A stretch of 64,000 nucleotides of DNA from a virus. The stretch spans positions 7,958 to 71,957 of IMG/VR virus record IMGVR_UViG_3300031997_000007. One strand, written 5' to 3'. Position 1 is the stretch's first letter. Each line of letters begins with the position of its first letter. The position numbers and the translations under genes were made by a program. A model generated the notes under the pieces. The model saw only the letters and a list, made by a program, of their open reading frames with translations. It was not told the DNA's origin and ran no database searches. Positions 20,268 through 32,615 of this stretch are shown one piece after another.

Positions 20268-23200
20268 ATGACAGATAACTTTGATTATCGCAAACCACGA
20301 ATTCAAATTGAAGAGTTATTTCCTGATATTTTTAAATCCGATATAAATGTATCTGTTTTAAATAATGCAGAAAATAGACTATTCACTAAACCCGATACTA
20401 TTCATGTAAGTGGGTCAATAGGTAGAAAAAACCCTAGTATACCTAATACCAATAGAGTTGTTGAAAATTCACCTCACAGACAGGCGTGGCAGTTACAACC
20501 GTTACTGTATTCAAAAATTGCGACAGTAGATCATATAACCGCATATTACGATATTTTAAATAAATTAAAACATCTCGGAGTTGATATTAACTCATTACCA
20601 AAATGGGGTAATACACTTCAGTTTAATTATGCACCACCTATTAATATAGATAAGTTAACTAATTATAGCAATTATTATTGGTATGATGTAAATAGTAATT
20701 CACAACCACAATACATTACAATTGAAAATCAATTTAATACTGTTAATTCAAAAATTATTGAATTACGTAGATATTATAATGAAAAAGTATCTACCGGCAC
20801 CCCTACCGCAGAATTAAAATTAATTCAAAATACAATTATTCAATATTTTACTTTACAACAACAACTTCGAAATAAACATGTTGGGTTTGATGTAATGTTG
20901 TGGGACGATAATGGTGGAGATTGGGATCCGTTAAGTGATTGGATAACGGCAGGTATTGATAATACTCATCACGTTATTCCTGTTATTGCACCTCAAGGTG
21001 TAACTGAATGGGATACTGATAATACAGATATGTTAAATTTATGGTCACTAGAGAATATGTGGGTTCATGAGTCAGATCTACCACATACCGCTGTAGGTAT
21101 TCAAGCAACAATGCCTATCATTGAATATAATGCAAATTTAGAAATAAATGAGTGGACATTTACAAAACATAATTGGTTATATAGAAAAAATTTAACTAGT
21201 GATTGGATAAGTGTTGATGTTGAACCAACAGTTAATGAAATTAATATACGCTGTAATATTGTTGATATATCTATAGATTCTAAGTATATTTTATTACCAC
21301 TTTCAACCGGAGATAATATATTTGTTATCGCAGGTGATAAAACGGCTCTATTTGTAAACGGTTATAGATTTGTTATATCTGCTACTCATATAAATGATGG
21401 AGTTAAAATTACTCAACAATCGCGTTTATCAACAAACGGTTTATATACTTTAGTATATGTAAACGAACCGGTGTTTATCGAACCAGCGAGGGTACCATTA
21501 GTAGTACCTTATAATTCAAAAGAATATTTAGGATATGATGTTAAATTTGGTGTTATATTACAACTTACTACAACTAGCTTAGGTGATAGTTGGTGTGGTT
21601 GTTTTGTTCATTGGATGTGGAATGGAACAAACGCCGTGGTTCCGGTAAATCATCAACTTCCAAATATTCATCAACAACGATATATTACAATAATAACATT
21701 CGATGGGTTTGATGTTGGACCGTTTGATACTGGCCTCGAACAAGAACGTAGTACTGATGGTATGTTTATTGTTGAAAATACAATTGTTAATCCACAAACA
21801 ATACACCCTATAACGCATGTAGTTACTATTAATAATATTACAATGTATTTAAATAACAGTGTATATTATTCTACATATGCTGAAGTACCGATTGATATAT
21901 CAAGTGATGTTAATACATTTAATTATTTGTATGGATTAGATGATCTACAAGTTTATGTTAACGGCATTAGACAGTATGGTACATATGAAGAATTTAAAAC
22001 AAATAGTATATATGCTAATGCTATATTATTTTTTAATAAATTAAAATCAGGCGATATTGTTCAAATGAGATCAGGAGCTGCTTGCAGTTTAGATGTTGGT
22101 AGGGAAATTATATGGGTGCAAGACGATCAAAATAATATTACCCAACGTAGCTTAATTAGATATAAAAAACACGAACAAGTAAAATCTCAACATACCCAAT
22201 ATCCACTTTTTGATATCTACAACGTTGATAAAACAACCGCGTATCAAGCTAATTGTATATTTAAATATCAAGAATTAGTTACTAACCTAGTTGATAGTAG
22301 AGTCAATATGAGAATAACTATGTTAGATAAAGAACGTAATTATATATTTCAACAATTATTATTAAATGCTGATACTGAAGAAATGTATTGTTATAAAAAT
22401 TATGATACAGTTTCAACAGATAATCCTGAAGGATTACAAACAATTTGGCAAAAAGGTATTAATAATGAAGAATATGTACCTAGATATGTAAATGAATATA
22501 GATTAGCGGACGGTGATACTTATCTTGATCCTACTGGTAATACTCATACTACAATATTACCAATTGATGATCCTACAGGTGCATGGGAAATACCAGATCA
22601 ATTATATTTTAACGCTCAACATGAAAATAGAGCTACTGTTTCATATATAGAACTTTATAAGCATTTTACTACTATTATTAACAATCAACCAATACCCAAA
22701 TTTACATTTGGTAATACTCAAGTACCGTTTAATTTCATAATTCAACAAGATCAATTTAAATTGTTAGATGCTATTAATTATTACGAAGGTGGTACTATTA
22801 AAGAACATAATGGTTGTTATGATACATTCTTATCTACACTGTATCAAGAATTAATTACAACTCCTACGTTAATAAAATATGCACTAAAACAATATGAAAA
22901 TAATATTTTATTAATTAAAGAAATGTTTATTAAAAATCTTCCTGAAATTATATCGAACACCTCACCTAGTGCTATTGTGAATTTACAACAATATATTATT
23001 AATCATATAATATTGAATATACAAAGTAATGATAATTTAACATATGTATTTAGTGATACTACTGCATACGATGCGAATACAAATACTGGTATGCCAAATT
23101 GGATTGTAACATTACCAATTTTACAATTAACAGCTAGTCATGAACCACAATTATTAATTGATAATAAACTTGGATTGTATCATATTATTCATCACGATGG

Positions 23201-26200
23201 ACATTTTTCTAATAATAAATTTACAGATACCGATATTAAATATATTATAACTCGCATATTAAAAAAGAATGGAACATCTGGTACGGGAGCTAAACCCAAT
23301 TTAAACGGATTAACTAATGGTGTATTCTGGTATGATAAAAATACTAAACAATTATGGAAATATACTGTAATTGCGATACAATCTACTGTACCCTCAATAT
23401 CAACACCTATTGGTGTATATTGGTACAATAATATTACTGATACGTTGTACGTTAGAGCTAATACTACTACATTCGGGTGGGATATAGAACCAAATCATAT
23501 TCGAGCATGGCAATTAGTTGATATTAATTTAATTATATCTAAAACATTGTTGACGATAGAACAAAAATTATATAGTAAATGTGAAAATATAACTTCATTA
23601 AAAATCGATTATTCAAATATATATCACACTGATGAAGAAGCTACAAAGTATATTTCATACTTACATGATGAATATATTAAATACACAAAAGAACATAACC
23701 TTAATATATTTTATACTGATTTTAATATTAGTAATGCATGGACATGGAATTATACTGAATTTCCAAATTTACCGAGTATCACCGTTAATAGACCAAATAT
23801 TAGTAATAAATGGGGATCAAGATGGTATACTATTTATACTGAATTATATGGGACTCCATATCCACATCTTGAACCTTGGAAACTACAAGGGTATACTAAA
23901 AAACCTACAAATTGGGATCATTTATATGCTAATACTTCAAATGGAGGTAGATGGTCTTCTGTTATGTGGGAAAATATTAAAATAGGAAATATAGTAGGTG
24001 TTGAACCTCAATTAACATCAATTATACCCGTGTATAATAATAGACTCAGTGTTAATATATCTGGTATAACTATAGGTAATTATGCACCTGATGATTTATT
24101 ACCACCGCATGTATCTGACGCTATATTACAACAATATACTATAACATCATATGGTTCTTTTACTCCGGCAATACAAAATGCAATATCAGCAAATTACGCG
24201 TTTGGACAACAAGGACCAACAGAACGGTTGTGGAGAGAATCGTCGAATTACAGATATAGTATATTAATTGCTACTTTTAGAATGCAACCTATTAGATTTA
24301 TACAACAAACATTCGGTTTTGAATTCTATGAAATTAACAAATTACAAATTGAAAAACAGACTAAAAAAGTAGTATCACATAAAGACGTTGTATTTCATGG
24401 AATGGTAATAAACGGAACAACTCAAACTCGATCTATTAATGGACTAAATCAATGGTATATTAACGCAATAAGATCAAAAGGATATGATATTTACATATCT
24501 GATTTTATAATAATGTGGAAAGATTGGGATTTAAAAATTACATACCAAACTGATTCTGTTATTAATTCAAAATCATTATCGGTTAATACTGATTTTTATC
24601 AAATAGAAAATCAAGATTATACTACTTATATGAAAAAATCTTCTGGTGCTTTTAACAATTGGTTAAATTCAATAATAGTATCGTTATATAAAACCGGTAC
24701 AGTTGCTCATTCGAATACTCATATACAAATACCTTCAGATACTGGTAGTGATTGGCAGTTCCGTTTAGATGTACCTATTAATCCTGGTGCTGATCTTAAT
24801 GTATATGATGTAAATGTTTATAATATTGTAAGTGTAAATGATATAACCAATGAAATAACTATTCATAAAACATCTCCTTGGATTGACGGTACTCAAATTT
24901 ATATTAATTCTAATATAAAAACTATTAAATATGGTGCTCCTTACTTTATAATATCTGAAACACCTACTACATTTAAATTAGCATCTGGTTATGTCGATGG
25001 TGTGGCGAGAAACAACGATATACTCGTGTATGATACGTTAAAACACACAATAACATTAAATGGTGATGTATCCCCTACGAACCCACGTGATCTTGATCTA
25101 TGGTCATATACTAATACTAATACAGGACTTCAAACTTTTAAACAATATCATAAATTGAGTAAAACATGGCAATTATATAGTTCGAGTAGTCATATATTCA
25201 GAATGCATAATGATACACGAGCGGATAATTTAAAAATGTATTATAATGACATATTATTAATTGAAAATACCGATTATGTAATATTTCCAAACGGGTGGGT
25301 GCAAGTTCTTAATGGTTTAAACTTTAATCCAACTCAACCAACATTAACTGTTCGTTTACTATTAACTACAAATATACAAATATATGAACAATATAATACA
25401 TTCTATTCATTAAATCGAGCAAATTGTAATATTAACTGGACACATTACGCTGTTAATAAGAGTAGGGTATTATCAATTAGTTTTCCAACAATAATAACTG
25501 GAGTACAAAATGTAATTAACTTTATTGATGGTTATTCAGCATATTTAAAAGATCAAGGTTTTGTTTTTAACGATTATTATAGAACAAGTATTGATACTGA
25601 AACTGGGTTATTAATCAGTTGGCAAACAGAAATTGAAAAATTTATTGATAAGGCATGGAGAGGATTTAATACAAAATTTGATACTAAAACACAACAACTT
25701 ATTAAAGTATATGATTCATACGAAATCAATCCGTTTAAATACGATATTTGGATAACACCGAGACTAGGTATTATTTCAAATATAATATCTGGACCATTTG
25801 TAGATATATTAACACAACCTATAGTGTATGATCAATATGGTGTACCAATATTAACTATTGATAATTTAAAAATATTTAGAGAAGATAATTTAACTTATAT
25901 AGTATACCCTAAACCTGAAACTGTACCTTTTGAAAAAACATTTTTACATATAGGTGGTATGCACTTGTTTAGTGATGTGTACGAACATGTTGTTGCATTT
26001 AATAACTACACTATTGATGGAAAATTAGTGTACGATCCGTATATCGGATTAAATATTAGTAAAATACATACTAGTTTTGATAAACATTATGAACGTACAT
26101 GTCGTCCAAATTTAGGTGGGTACTTTTTACACGATGGCAAAATGATTGAAAATATTGAAGCATCTGCTTCACATTTACAAAAATATTATGATGTGTATAC

Positions 26201-29200
26201 AGCTGACGAAACCGCTAATCACATTGAATATGCTCGTAAATTGTTAGGTTATGTTGAACCAAAATACTTAGATTTATTAGGTAGTACTGAAAAATCAAAA
26301 TTCATATTTTGGAGAGGTATGATTCAACATAAAGGGTCTAATGCAGCGATTACTGCGTTTTCTAATTCTAGATCGTTATTAGATGCAAATATTGATGAGT
26401 TTTGGACATATAAACTTGCACAATTTGGTGATAATAGAACAAAACTTAAACCTACTATACATGTATTTTTATCCGATGTTGTACGTAATACAATAATGTA
26501 TCAGTTTATGAACGTTATAGATAATACCCCGGTATTCAACGGTTTTGATGTTGAATCATTTGATACCGGTCTTGAACAAGAACGTAGTACTGATAGTACT
26601 TCAGTAGAAGAATACTTTACTAAAATTACTAATATTGACGTTGATAGATGGGTTGATCTACCAGATGCTAATTATTTAATAGATACTAGCATGTATTTTG
26701 ATGCTGAAGTTACAGATGTAATAACATTTACATCAACTGATATCACTACGTCTATAGCTACTCGTGGATCAATTAGAACATCGCAATATAATATCGTAAA
26801 TAATAACCATCAATACCTCAAAACAAGTACAGTATGTGATGGTGTTCAAATATTTGTAGATAATGGTGTTCAATTAGTAGCCGATATACATTACATGACA
26901 TCAACAATTATTCTAAATGCACCGATAATCACCAATATGGTTCGTGTTATTATTAGATCACCCCAGTTAATTGTAGATACTACGTTAAATGAAGAAGATA
27001 CTATAATACAAATTATTGGACAATATCATAATTCTCAAGGAGTATTATCAATATTTGTTACAAATACAGCAAATATTAAATCTCAAATATTAGATTTTAC
27101 AAGTGTTATCCGAGATGATAATACATTATTAATAATACACACTAAATTTACAAACGATGATTTATTTACGGTGTATATTGATAAAATATTAAATATAGTT
27201 CCCAATAATACAAATTCAAATAGAATAGTATTACAAGATCCATATGTAACAGATAATGGTGCATTAATTATTTTCGTAAATGACATAAAAGTATCAGCTA
27301 CTATCGAATCTATTATACACCTACCATATCATTATATAACTAGAACTAATAATTTAAAGGTATATGTTGATGGACATGTTAATAATTCATATACAGAATT
27401 AACTAATAATTCAATATTATTATCATCAACACCTAATACTACTATTACTGTTTTATATCAACAAGGTCAATTAATTGAATATAATGATAATAATTTAAAC
27501 GGACATTATAAAAAATTAAGCTCGTCGTTAATAGAGTTTTTAATTGATATAACAGATATATCTATAATCAAGTTATTAACTGTATTTTTAATAAATCCAG
27601 CTAAATCGAAATTAAATGATTGTAAATTAATTGATTCTAAAAGTAATGTTGTTACTAAAGAGTTACCGATATGGGATCCTATACGTGGAATTTATCCAAC
27701 TAACGTAGATTTAATGGTTGATTATTATTCAACCACTAACCCGGCACAATATGACAACTCTACTACTCCAGGTGCAAATGCATGGAATATGAACGAGGTA
27801 GGTAAAATTTGGATGGATACATCTAAATTAGGATACGTGCCGTATATAGACCCACAATTATATCCAACGATAATTGATAGAATGTTTGCCTGGGGTAATG
27901 TACCTAAATGGAGCAGTGTTGAATTATACGAATGGGTATCATCACCGGTTGTTCCTGAAAGATGGATTGATTTAGTAACTGATGATATAAACAATACACT
28001 AGTTGAAGAGAAAAATCGATATACTGGCGATGTACACACTCAATTATATTATAGAACAAGAGCGGATATAACAAGTAATTGGGGTGATTGGATAATTACA
28101 ATTGATACTCATCAAATATTTAATGGATATGATTATAATATTATTAATAACTCAATTACAGTAACAATATCTGAATTAACTATTAATACTATAACTGATA
28201 ATTATGATGTATTTGTTAATGAACAAGAAACAACATCATTTACTGTAGTACAAAATACAAATAATATTATTACATTAATAACTGTAACAGGTATTAATAT
28301 AAGTTCAATTATACGAGTTGTGAAATACGCAGATATACCAACTCAAGAAATGATCGATGATATTAGTACAGATCCTACTACATTAATTCAATATAATCTT
28401 GTACACCCATATACATTTACTTTTGTATATGATGAAAGTGGTCATAATTGGGTATATACATACTTCTTTTGGGTAAAAAATAGAACTAATCGAGTTAAAA
28501 ATAATTTAGCAATAATAGATATTAAACACATATTTAAGACTCCACAACAACCTTATGTATTTTATCAACATTTATTATATGATAATGGAGTATTACCGAA
28601 TCGGTACGATCAATGTATTATTAATAATATTACATACGATATTAATGAAGAAGGTAGATACGATATACAATTTACTAAAGATTTTACTTTACGTGATCAA
28701 CTTGAAAAATCAGGTGCAATTCTAAAAAATAAGTACAATGAGTGGAAAATGTTTAGAGAGAAAGATTTATCCTCAGTTCCGAGACGGTTATGGGATAAAA
28801 TAACCGAAACCTTATTAGGATATAAAATAACTGACCCAACACATCTTATACCGTCGTTAAATAGAATATTATTTGATAGTGTAAATAATACAACAACTTG
28901 TTACGGTTTTAATATAGATCAAGCTGTCGGACCAAAAAATATAATTTTTGATACAGTTATAGCTCTATTGGAGGATTCTAATTATGATTTTCAACCAATA
29001 AATAAAGAAAACTTCCTTGAGAATTACACATTTATGACTCCTGAAAATATTATTGCTGGAATGGATTATATTTACACATATTTTCCATGTAATATCGTTA
29101 ATAGGATTTTCTTTAATATATTAAACGATACATTAACATATAATCATGAGCTCACTGGAATATTTAAAACTTCTATGGTTGCATTAAATTGCACACTGAC

Positions 29201-29234
29201 TTTTGAAACAGCTTCATCAGTAATAGATGTATAG
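20268..29234 (+). CDS. Giant (2988 aa) virion structural protein, probable baseplate wedge
   Basis: Follows gp6; PINIDKLTNYSNYYW, YPHLEPWKLQG and YEWVSSPVVP blocks typical of jumbo-phage baseplate proteins. Confidence 0.75.
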   Translation: MTDNFDYRKPRIQIEELFPDIFKSDINVSVLNNAENRLFTKPDTIHVSGSIGRKNPSIPNTNRVVENSPHRQAWQLQPLLYSKIATVDHITAYYDILNKLKHLGVDINSLPKWGNTLQFNYAPPINIDKLTNYSNYYWYDVNSNSQPQYITIENQFNTVNSKIIELRRYYNEKVSTGTPTAELKLIQNTIIQYFTLQQQLRNKHVGFDVMLWDDNGGDWDPLSDWITAGIDNTHHVIPVIAPQGVTEWDTDNTDMLNLWSLENMWVHESDLPHTAVGIQATMPIIEYNANLEINEWTFTKHNWLYRKNLTSDWISVDVEPTVNEINIRCNIVDISIDSKYILLPLSTGDNIFVIAGDKTALFVNGYRFVISATHINDGVKITQQSRLSTNGLYTLVYVNEPVFIEPARVPLVVPYNSKEYLGYDVKFGVILQLTTTSLGDSWCGCFVHWMWNGTNAVVPVNHQLPNIHQQRYITIITFDGFDVGPFDTGLEQERSTDGMFIVENTIVNPQTIHPITHVVTINNITMYLNNSVYYSTYAEVPIDISSDVNTFNYLYGLDDLQVYVNGIRQYGTYEEFKTNSIYANAILFFNKLKSGDIVQMRSGAACSLDVGREIIWVQDDQNNITQRSLIRYKKHEQVKSQHTQYPLFDIYNVDKTTAYQANCIFKYQELVTNLVDSRVNMRITMLDKERNYIFQQLLLNADTEEMYCYKNYDTVSTDNPEGLQTIWQKGINNEEYVPRYVNEYRLADGDTYLDPTGNTHTTILPIDDPTGAWEIPDQLYFNAQHENRATVSYIELYKHFTTIINNQPIPKFTFGNTQVPFNFIIQQDQFKLLDAINYYEGGTIKEHNGCYDTFLSTLYQELITTPTLIKYALKQYENNILLIKEMFIKNLPEIISNTSPSAIVNLQQYIINHIILNIQSNDNLTYVFSDTTAYDANTNTGMPNWIVTLPILQLTASHEPQLLIDNKLGLYHIIHHDGHFSNNKFTDTDIKYIITRILKKNGTSGTGAKPNLNGLTNGVFWYDKNTKQLWKYTVIAIQSTVPSISTPIGVYWYNNITDTLYVRANTTTFGWDIEPNHIRAWQLVDINLIISKTLLTIEQKLYSKCENITSLKIDYSNIYHTDEEATKYISYLHDEYIKYTKEHNLNIFYTDFNISNAWTWNYTEFPNLPSITVNRPNISNKWGSRWYTIYTELYGTPYPHLEPWKLQGYTKKPTNWDHLYANTSNGGRWSSVMWENIKIGNIVGVEPQLTSIIPVYNNRLSVNISGITIGNYAPDDLLPPHVSDAILQQYTITSYGSFTPAIQNAISANYAFGQQGPTERLWRESSNYRYSILIATFRMQPIRFIQQTFGFEFYEINKLQIEKQTKKVVSHKDVVFHGMVINGTTQTRSINGLNQWYINAIRSKGYDIYISDFIIMWKDWDLKITYQTDSVINSKSLSVNTDFYQIENQDYTTYMKKSSGAFNNWLNSIIVSLYKTGTVAHSNTHIQIPSDTGSDWQFRLDVPINPGADLNVYDVNVYNIVSVNDITNEITIHKTSPWIDGTQIYINSNIKTIKYGAPYFIISETPTTFKLASGYVDGVARNNDILVYDTLKHTITLNGDVSPTNPRDLDLWSYTNTNTGLQTFKQYHKLSKTWQLYSSSSHIFRMHNDTRADNLKMYYNDILLIENTDYVIFPNGWVQVLNGLNFNPTQPTLTVRLLLTTNIQIYEQYNTFYSLNRANCNINWTHYAVNKSRVLSISFPTIITGVQNVINFIDGYSAYLKDQGFVFNDYYRTSIDTETGLLISWQTEIEKFIDKAWRGFNTKFDTKTQQLIKVYDSYEINPFKYDIWITPRLGIISNIISGPFVDILTQPIVYDQYGVPILTIDNLKIFREDNLTYIVYPKPETVPFEKTFLHIGGMHLFSDVYEHVVAFNNYTIDGKLVYDPYIGLNISKIHTSFDKHYERTCRPNLGGYFLHDGKMIENIEASASHLQKYYDVYTADETANHIEYARKLLGYVEPKYLDLLGSTEKSKFIFWRGMIQHKGSNAAITAFSNSRSLLDANIDEFWTYKLAQFGDNRTKLKPTIHVFLSDVVRNTIMYQFMNVIDNTPVFNGFDVESFDTGLEQERSTDSTSVEEYFTKITNIDVDRWVDLPDANYLIDTSMYFDAEVTDVITFTSTDITTSIATRGSIRTSQYNIVNNNHQYLKTSTVCDGVQIFVDNGVQLVADIHYMTSTIILNAPIITNMVRVIIRSPQLIVDTTLNEEDTIIQIIGQYHNSQGVLSIFVTNTANIKSQILDFTSVIRDDNTLLIIHTKFTNDDLFTVYIDKILNIVPNNTNSNRIVLQDPYVTDNGALIIFVNDIKVSATIESIIHLPYHYITRTNNLKVYVDGHVNNSYTELTNNSILLSSTPNTTITVLYQQGQLIEYNDNNLNGHYKKLSSSLIEFLIDITDISIIKLLTVFLINPAKSKLNDCKLIDSKSNVVTKELPIWDPIRGIYPTNVDLMVDYYSTTNPAQYDNSTTPGANAWNMNEVGKIWMDTSKLGYVPYIDPQLYPTIIDRMFAWGNVPKWSSVELYEWVSSPVVPERWIDLVTDDINNTLVEEKNRYTGDVHTQLYYRTRADITSNWGDWIITIDTHQIFNGYDYNIINNSITVTISELTINTITDNYDVFVNEQETTSFTVVQNTNNIITLITVTGINISSIIRVVKYADIPTQEMIDDISTDPTTLIQYNLVHPYTFTFVYDESGHNWVYTYFFWVKNRTNRVKNNLAIIDIKHIFKTPQQPYVFYQHLLYDNGVLPNRYDQCIINNITYDINEEGRYDIQFTKDFTLRDQLEKSGAILKNKYNEWKMFREKDLSSVPRRLWDKITETLLGYKITDPTHLIPSLNRILFDSVNNTTTCYGFNIDQAVGPKNIIFDTVIALLEDSNYDFQPINKENFLENYTFMTPENIIAGMDYIYTYFPCNIVNRIFFNILNDTLTYNHELTGIFKTSMVALNCTLTFETASSVIDV

Positions 29235-29275
29235 TAGTACAATTTAATAGTTAATAAATTTTCGGAGATCAATGA

Positions 29276-31168
29276 ATGCCTTTATATCGTGACCCAATTG
29301 AGGGGTTAGTACAATACGTTAATGATATTAAACCATACCACACTAAATTAATTGATGTTGTAGTTACGTATACATATGAAGAGCGTATAAATGTTACTAT
29401 ATTAGATAATTTATTTACAACTGTAACATTTAATATGGATTACTCACGTGAGCCGTGTTTCTTTGGTTATGATACTGATAGTTATGATTATACAGCATAT
29501 AATATTCCGGATTATGGATATGCAATAAATCACGCTAATACATATAATACTGATTGTTTATTAACAGGGTGCGAACGATATTATAAAACTACTACAATTA
29601 CACCAATTATTGTAGATGATACCATATTACTACCGTTTGAATATCTATATAATATAGAAACATTATATGTATACATAAATGGTGTATTAACTAACACAAT
29701 ATTTCAACAAGTTGAACCGGTTACATATAATGATACTCAACTGGATGATTGTGATAGATATAATACAAATATAATTAAATGTTTAAGTATACTACCGATA
29801 GGTACAAGAATACTAATAACAACACATATTATTGGTGTAGACAATGAGTGCTGGTCTGATTTAGCATCATCGGGTTTTGAATCCCATCAATTTGATGAAC
29901 ATCAAATTGATTTAACAGATCCATTATTTGACAGATGGCGTTATGGATATAATAGTTATGCCCTTGATGCTACGACATACGATATGCCTGATCCAGATGA
30001 TACAAATCGTAATTGTAAATGCCCACCGTTTATACCGTATGCGTCACCAACGTCTGTACTTCCAACTATTTTAGAAGATATTAAATTTATAGATCTAATA
30101 ATATTTACAGATATTATTAACGTTACTGTATTTGATTGGTCAGATAATTGGGCTAATGGGTTTGATTTAACTCCACTTAATAATTATAGATTTGATACAA
30201 CATCATTATGGGATGTTATTGATAATATTGGATACAACTTTGGACCAACAGGACGACCTAACTTAATTAAAACTAATTTTATAATATATGATGAGCAGAA
30301 AAATGATATTTCTATTAATATAACTGATTCACATACTCAAATTGAAATTATAGATAATGACAATGAGAATTTAGGTTATGATATTTTACCTATAGATGTA
30401 TCAGAGTTTGATTCAAGTAGCGCTGTAGAAGTAATAGCAGCTGCAACTATAACAGATGTATTTACGGTAATAGAAATATTAGAATTTAAAGATATGATTG
30501 GAGTCAATGTTGTTGATCCATCATGTTGGGTAAGTGCACAGGGGCTAAATTGGGTACGAGATAATTTCTGGTATGATATGTTACCTAATCTTGCAGGAGG
30601 AAGTAATACTACTACCGAATTAGTTGATGATAGAGTTAATTGGGTACAACTTCCAACGGTAGGTGGTTTTGAATGTGATAGTCTTGGATTTGATCTTAAT
30701 GGTTTTGACAATGATCAAATATGGTCGTGCATACCATGTAGTTTAGTTGGTGGATTTGATGATAGTATGGGACTTGATGGATATTATGACGGATCAACTT
30801 ATGAACCGTATGAAAATATTCCAACTATGTTAGGACTAGATCAGGAACCGTTATGGAATAGTTATCCAGTTTTACCGTATAAAAACGATGGTACAGACTT
30901 CTATCATGGCTGTACACCAACAGAATTAACAGATTCTATAATAACAATAATTCGTACACCTACATCTGTACTAATGTCGTATATTTATTATCAAACAGAT
31001 CCATCTACAACCTGGATTATAACTCACAATTTATCTGTATTCCCTATTATTCGAGTGTTTACATTGGATGGTGTTGAAATACACCCTGCTAGTATTACAC
31101 ATATATCTTATAATACAGCGGTTATAGAGTTTAGTGAACCGACTGTTGGTATTATCCGATTCGTTTAG
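29276..31168 (+). CDS. Virion structural protein with G[FY]DxxxFD repeats and C-terminal WxIxHNL module
   Basis: YVNDIKPYHTKL N-terminus; repeats visible in the translation. Confidence 0.7.
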   Translation: MPLYRDPIEGLVQYVNDIKPYHTKLIDVVVTYTYEERINVTILDNLFTTVTFNMDYSREPCFFGYDTDSYDYTAYNIPDYGYAINHANTYNTDCLLTGCERYYKTTTITPIIVDDTILLPFEYLYNIETLYVYINGVLTNTIFQQVEPVTYNDTQLDDCDRYNTNIIKCLSILPIGTRILITTHIIGVDNECWSDLASSGFESHQFDEHQIDLTDPLFDRWRYGYNSYALDATTYDMPDPDDTNRNCKCPPFIPYASPTSVLPTILEDIKFIDLIIFTDIINVTVFDWSDNWANGFDLTPLNNYRFDTTSLWDVIDNIGYNFGPTGRPNLIKTNFIIYDEQKNDISINITDSHTQIEIIDNDNENLGYDILPIDVSEFDSSSAVEVIAAATITDVFTVIEILEFKDMIGVNVVDPSCWVSAQGLNWVRDNFWYDMLPNLAGGSNTTTELVDDRVNWVQLPTVGGFECDSLGFDLNGFDNDQIWSCIPCSLVGGFDDSMGLDGYYDGSTYEPYENIPTMLGLDQEPLWNSYPVLPYKNDGTDFYHGCTPTELTDSIITIIRTPTSVLMSYIYYQTDPSTTWIITHNLSVFPIIRVFTLDGVEIHPASITHISYNTAVIEFSEPTVGIIRFV

Positions 31169-31227
31169 TGAGATTATAAGTAATGTTAATAATAAATAAT
31201 ACACAAATATATAAGGAAATATTGTAG

Positions 31228-32496
31228 ATGAAAATCCCCTTTAGACAAGGTATAGTTAGATACCAAACGGATACATCTCAATCTCCTAGTTTTCTATATA
31301 GAGAAATATCTGGTAATTATATTTCTCTATACGTTTCTCCTATATCAACAATTATTACGTTTGCACATGGTGATGTTGATTACCTACTTGAAGAATCGTG
31401 TACTATCATACACGCTTGGGGTCCGTTTGTTACAGGTAATAATTATTACCTATATTGGGATATTAATGTAGCTACAGGCATGCGTACATTTGGATACACT
31501 AACAGTGCACCTTTGTACGGATCTCCAAAACCAGTTCATCCAGTTAACGAACAACATTGGTTTGACCTCAACACCAACACCATGTTTTATTGGAGCGGAA
31601 TGCGTTGGGTAGAATGTATTCGTGTTTTTGCTGGTAGTTACCTACAAGGTGCAAATCTCTATCAAAATATAGTTGGTAGTCAAATTGGGAATAATACTGA
31701 AATTAATGCAGGTTTTATTTTATTTGATGATAATGAGAAACCTGTTCGTAGAGCAAGATTAGATGGTAAAGGTAAATTTTTAACTACAGAATCACAATTT
31801 TATAGTGATAAAGCAGCAACTACTACTGTTAGTTTTGAAACTGTTATGCATTACGCTACTGCGAGAGAAGATCTTGCAGCGTGGAATATTGTTACATATG
31901 TTGATGCTGATGGTATTGGTCTTGCGTCTAACTTAGATATCCATCATAGACCAGCGTTTGGTTTATTACGTGAAGGGCTACCATTTGGATCTATCGGTGC
32001 TATCGTTACAAAAGGATATGTTACAAATTTAACTTGGAATTGGACTGAAGCTGCGTCGACGATATTATACTTGGGTCCGTTAGGTACGCTTCAAGTAAAT
32101 CCACCAGGAATTGGATTTATACAACAAATAGCAACTATAGTATCACCGAATACTATATTTGTTAATATTGAACCACAAATCATACATTATGATTCTGTTC
32201 AAAATACAATAACTATTCCGATTGAAGTTGATTTATTAACTGGTAAATTAACAACAAGCCCTCAAAGTGCGACAATTACTCATACAATTGGATTAACTTA
32301 TACTCAAACTATATCTAGTACTGAGTGGCTTATACCTCATAATCACGATACTATTAATTTTATTACACAAATTCATGATGAATTAGGAGATTTAATGTGG
32401 CCAGATAATGCAAGATATATTGATTCAAACCATATTAAAATTTATTTTACAGCACCTACAACTGGTACTGCACAAGTACTATTAATAAAACATTAA
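31228..32496 (+). CDS. Virion structural/fibre-associated protein
   Basis: QHWFDLNTNTMFYWSG motif; C-terminal WxIxHN module; operon context. Confidence 0.65.
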   Translation: MKIPFRQGIVRYQTDTSQSPSFLYREISGNYISLYVSPISTIITFAHGDVDYLLEESCTIIHAWGPFVTGNNYYLYWDINVATGMRTFGYTNSAPLYGSPKPVHPVNEQHWFDLNTNTMFYWSGMRWVECIRVFAGSYLQGANLYQNIVGSQIGNNTEINAGFILFDDNEKPVRRARLDGKGKFLTTESQFYSDKAATTTVSFETVMHYATAREDLAAWNIVTYVDADGIGLASNLDIHHRPAFGLLREGLPFGSIGAIVTKGYVTNLTWNWTEAASTILYLGPLGTLQVNPPGIGFIQQIATIVSPNTIFVNIEPQIIHYDSVQNTITIPIEVDLLTGKLTTSPQSATITHTIGLTYTQTISSTEWLIPHNHDTINFITQIHDELGDLMWPDNARYIDSNHIKIYFTAPTTGTAQVLLIKH

Positions 32497-32615
32497 TATA
32501 AATCATATAGTTAGCTAATAACTATTTTTATATTTATAAATAAACTTAGTATTAGATAAATAACTATGATTAAATAATTTTTCGAAAAAACTAATTTATA
32601 AATGGAGATACAAAC

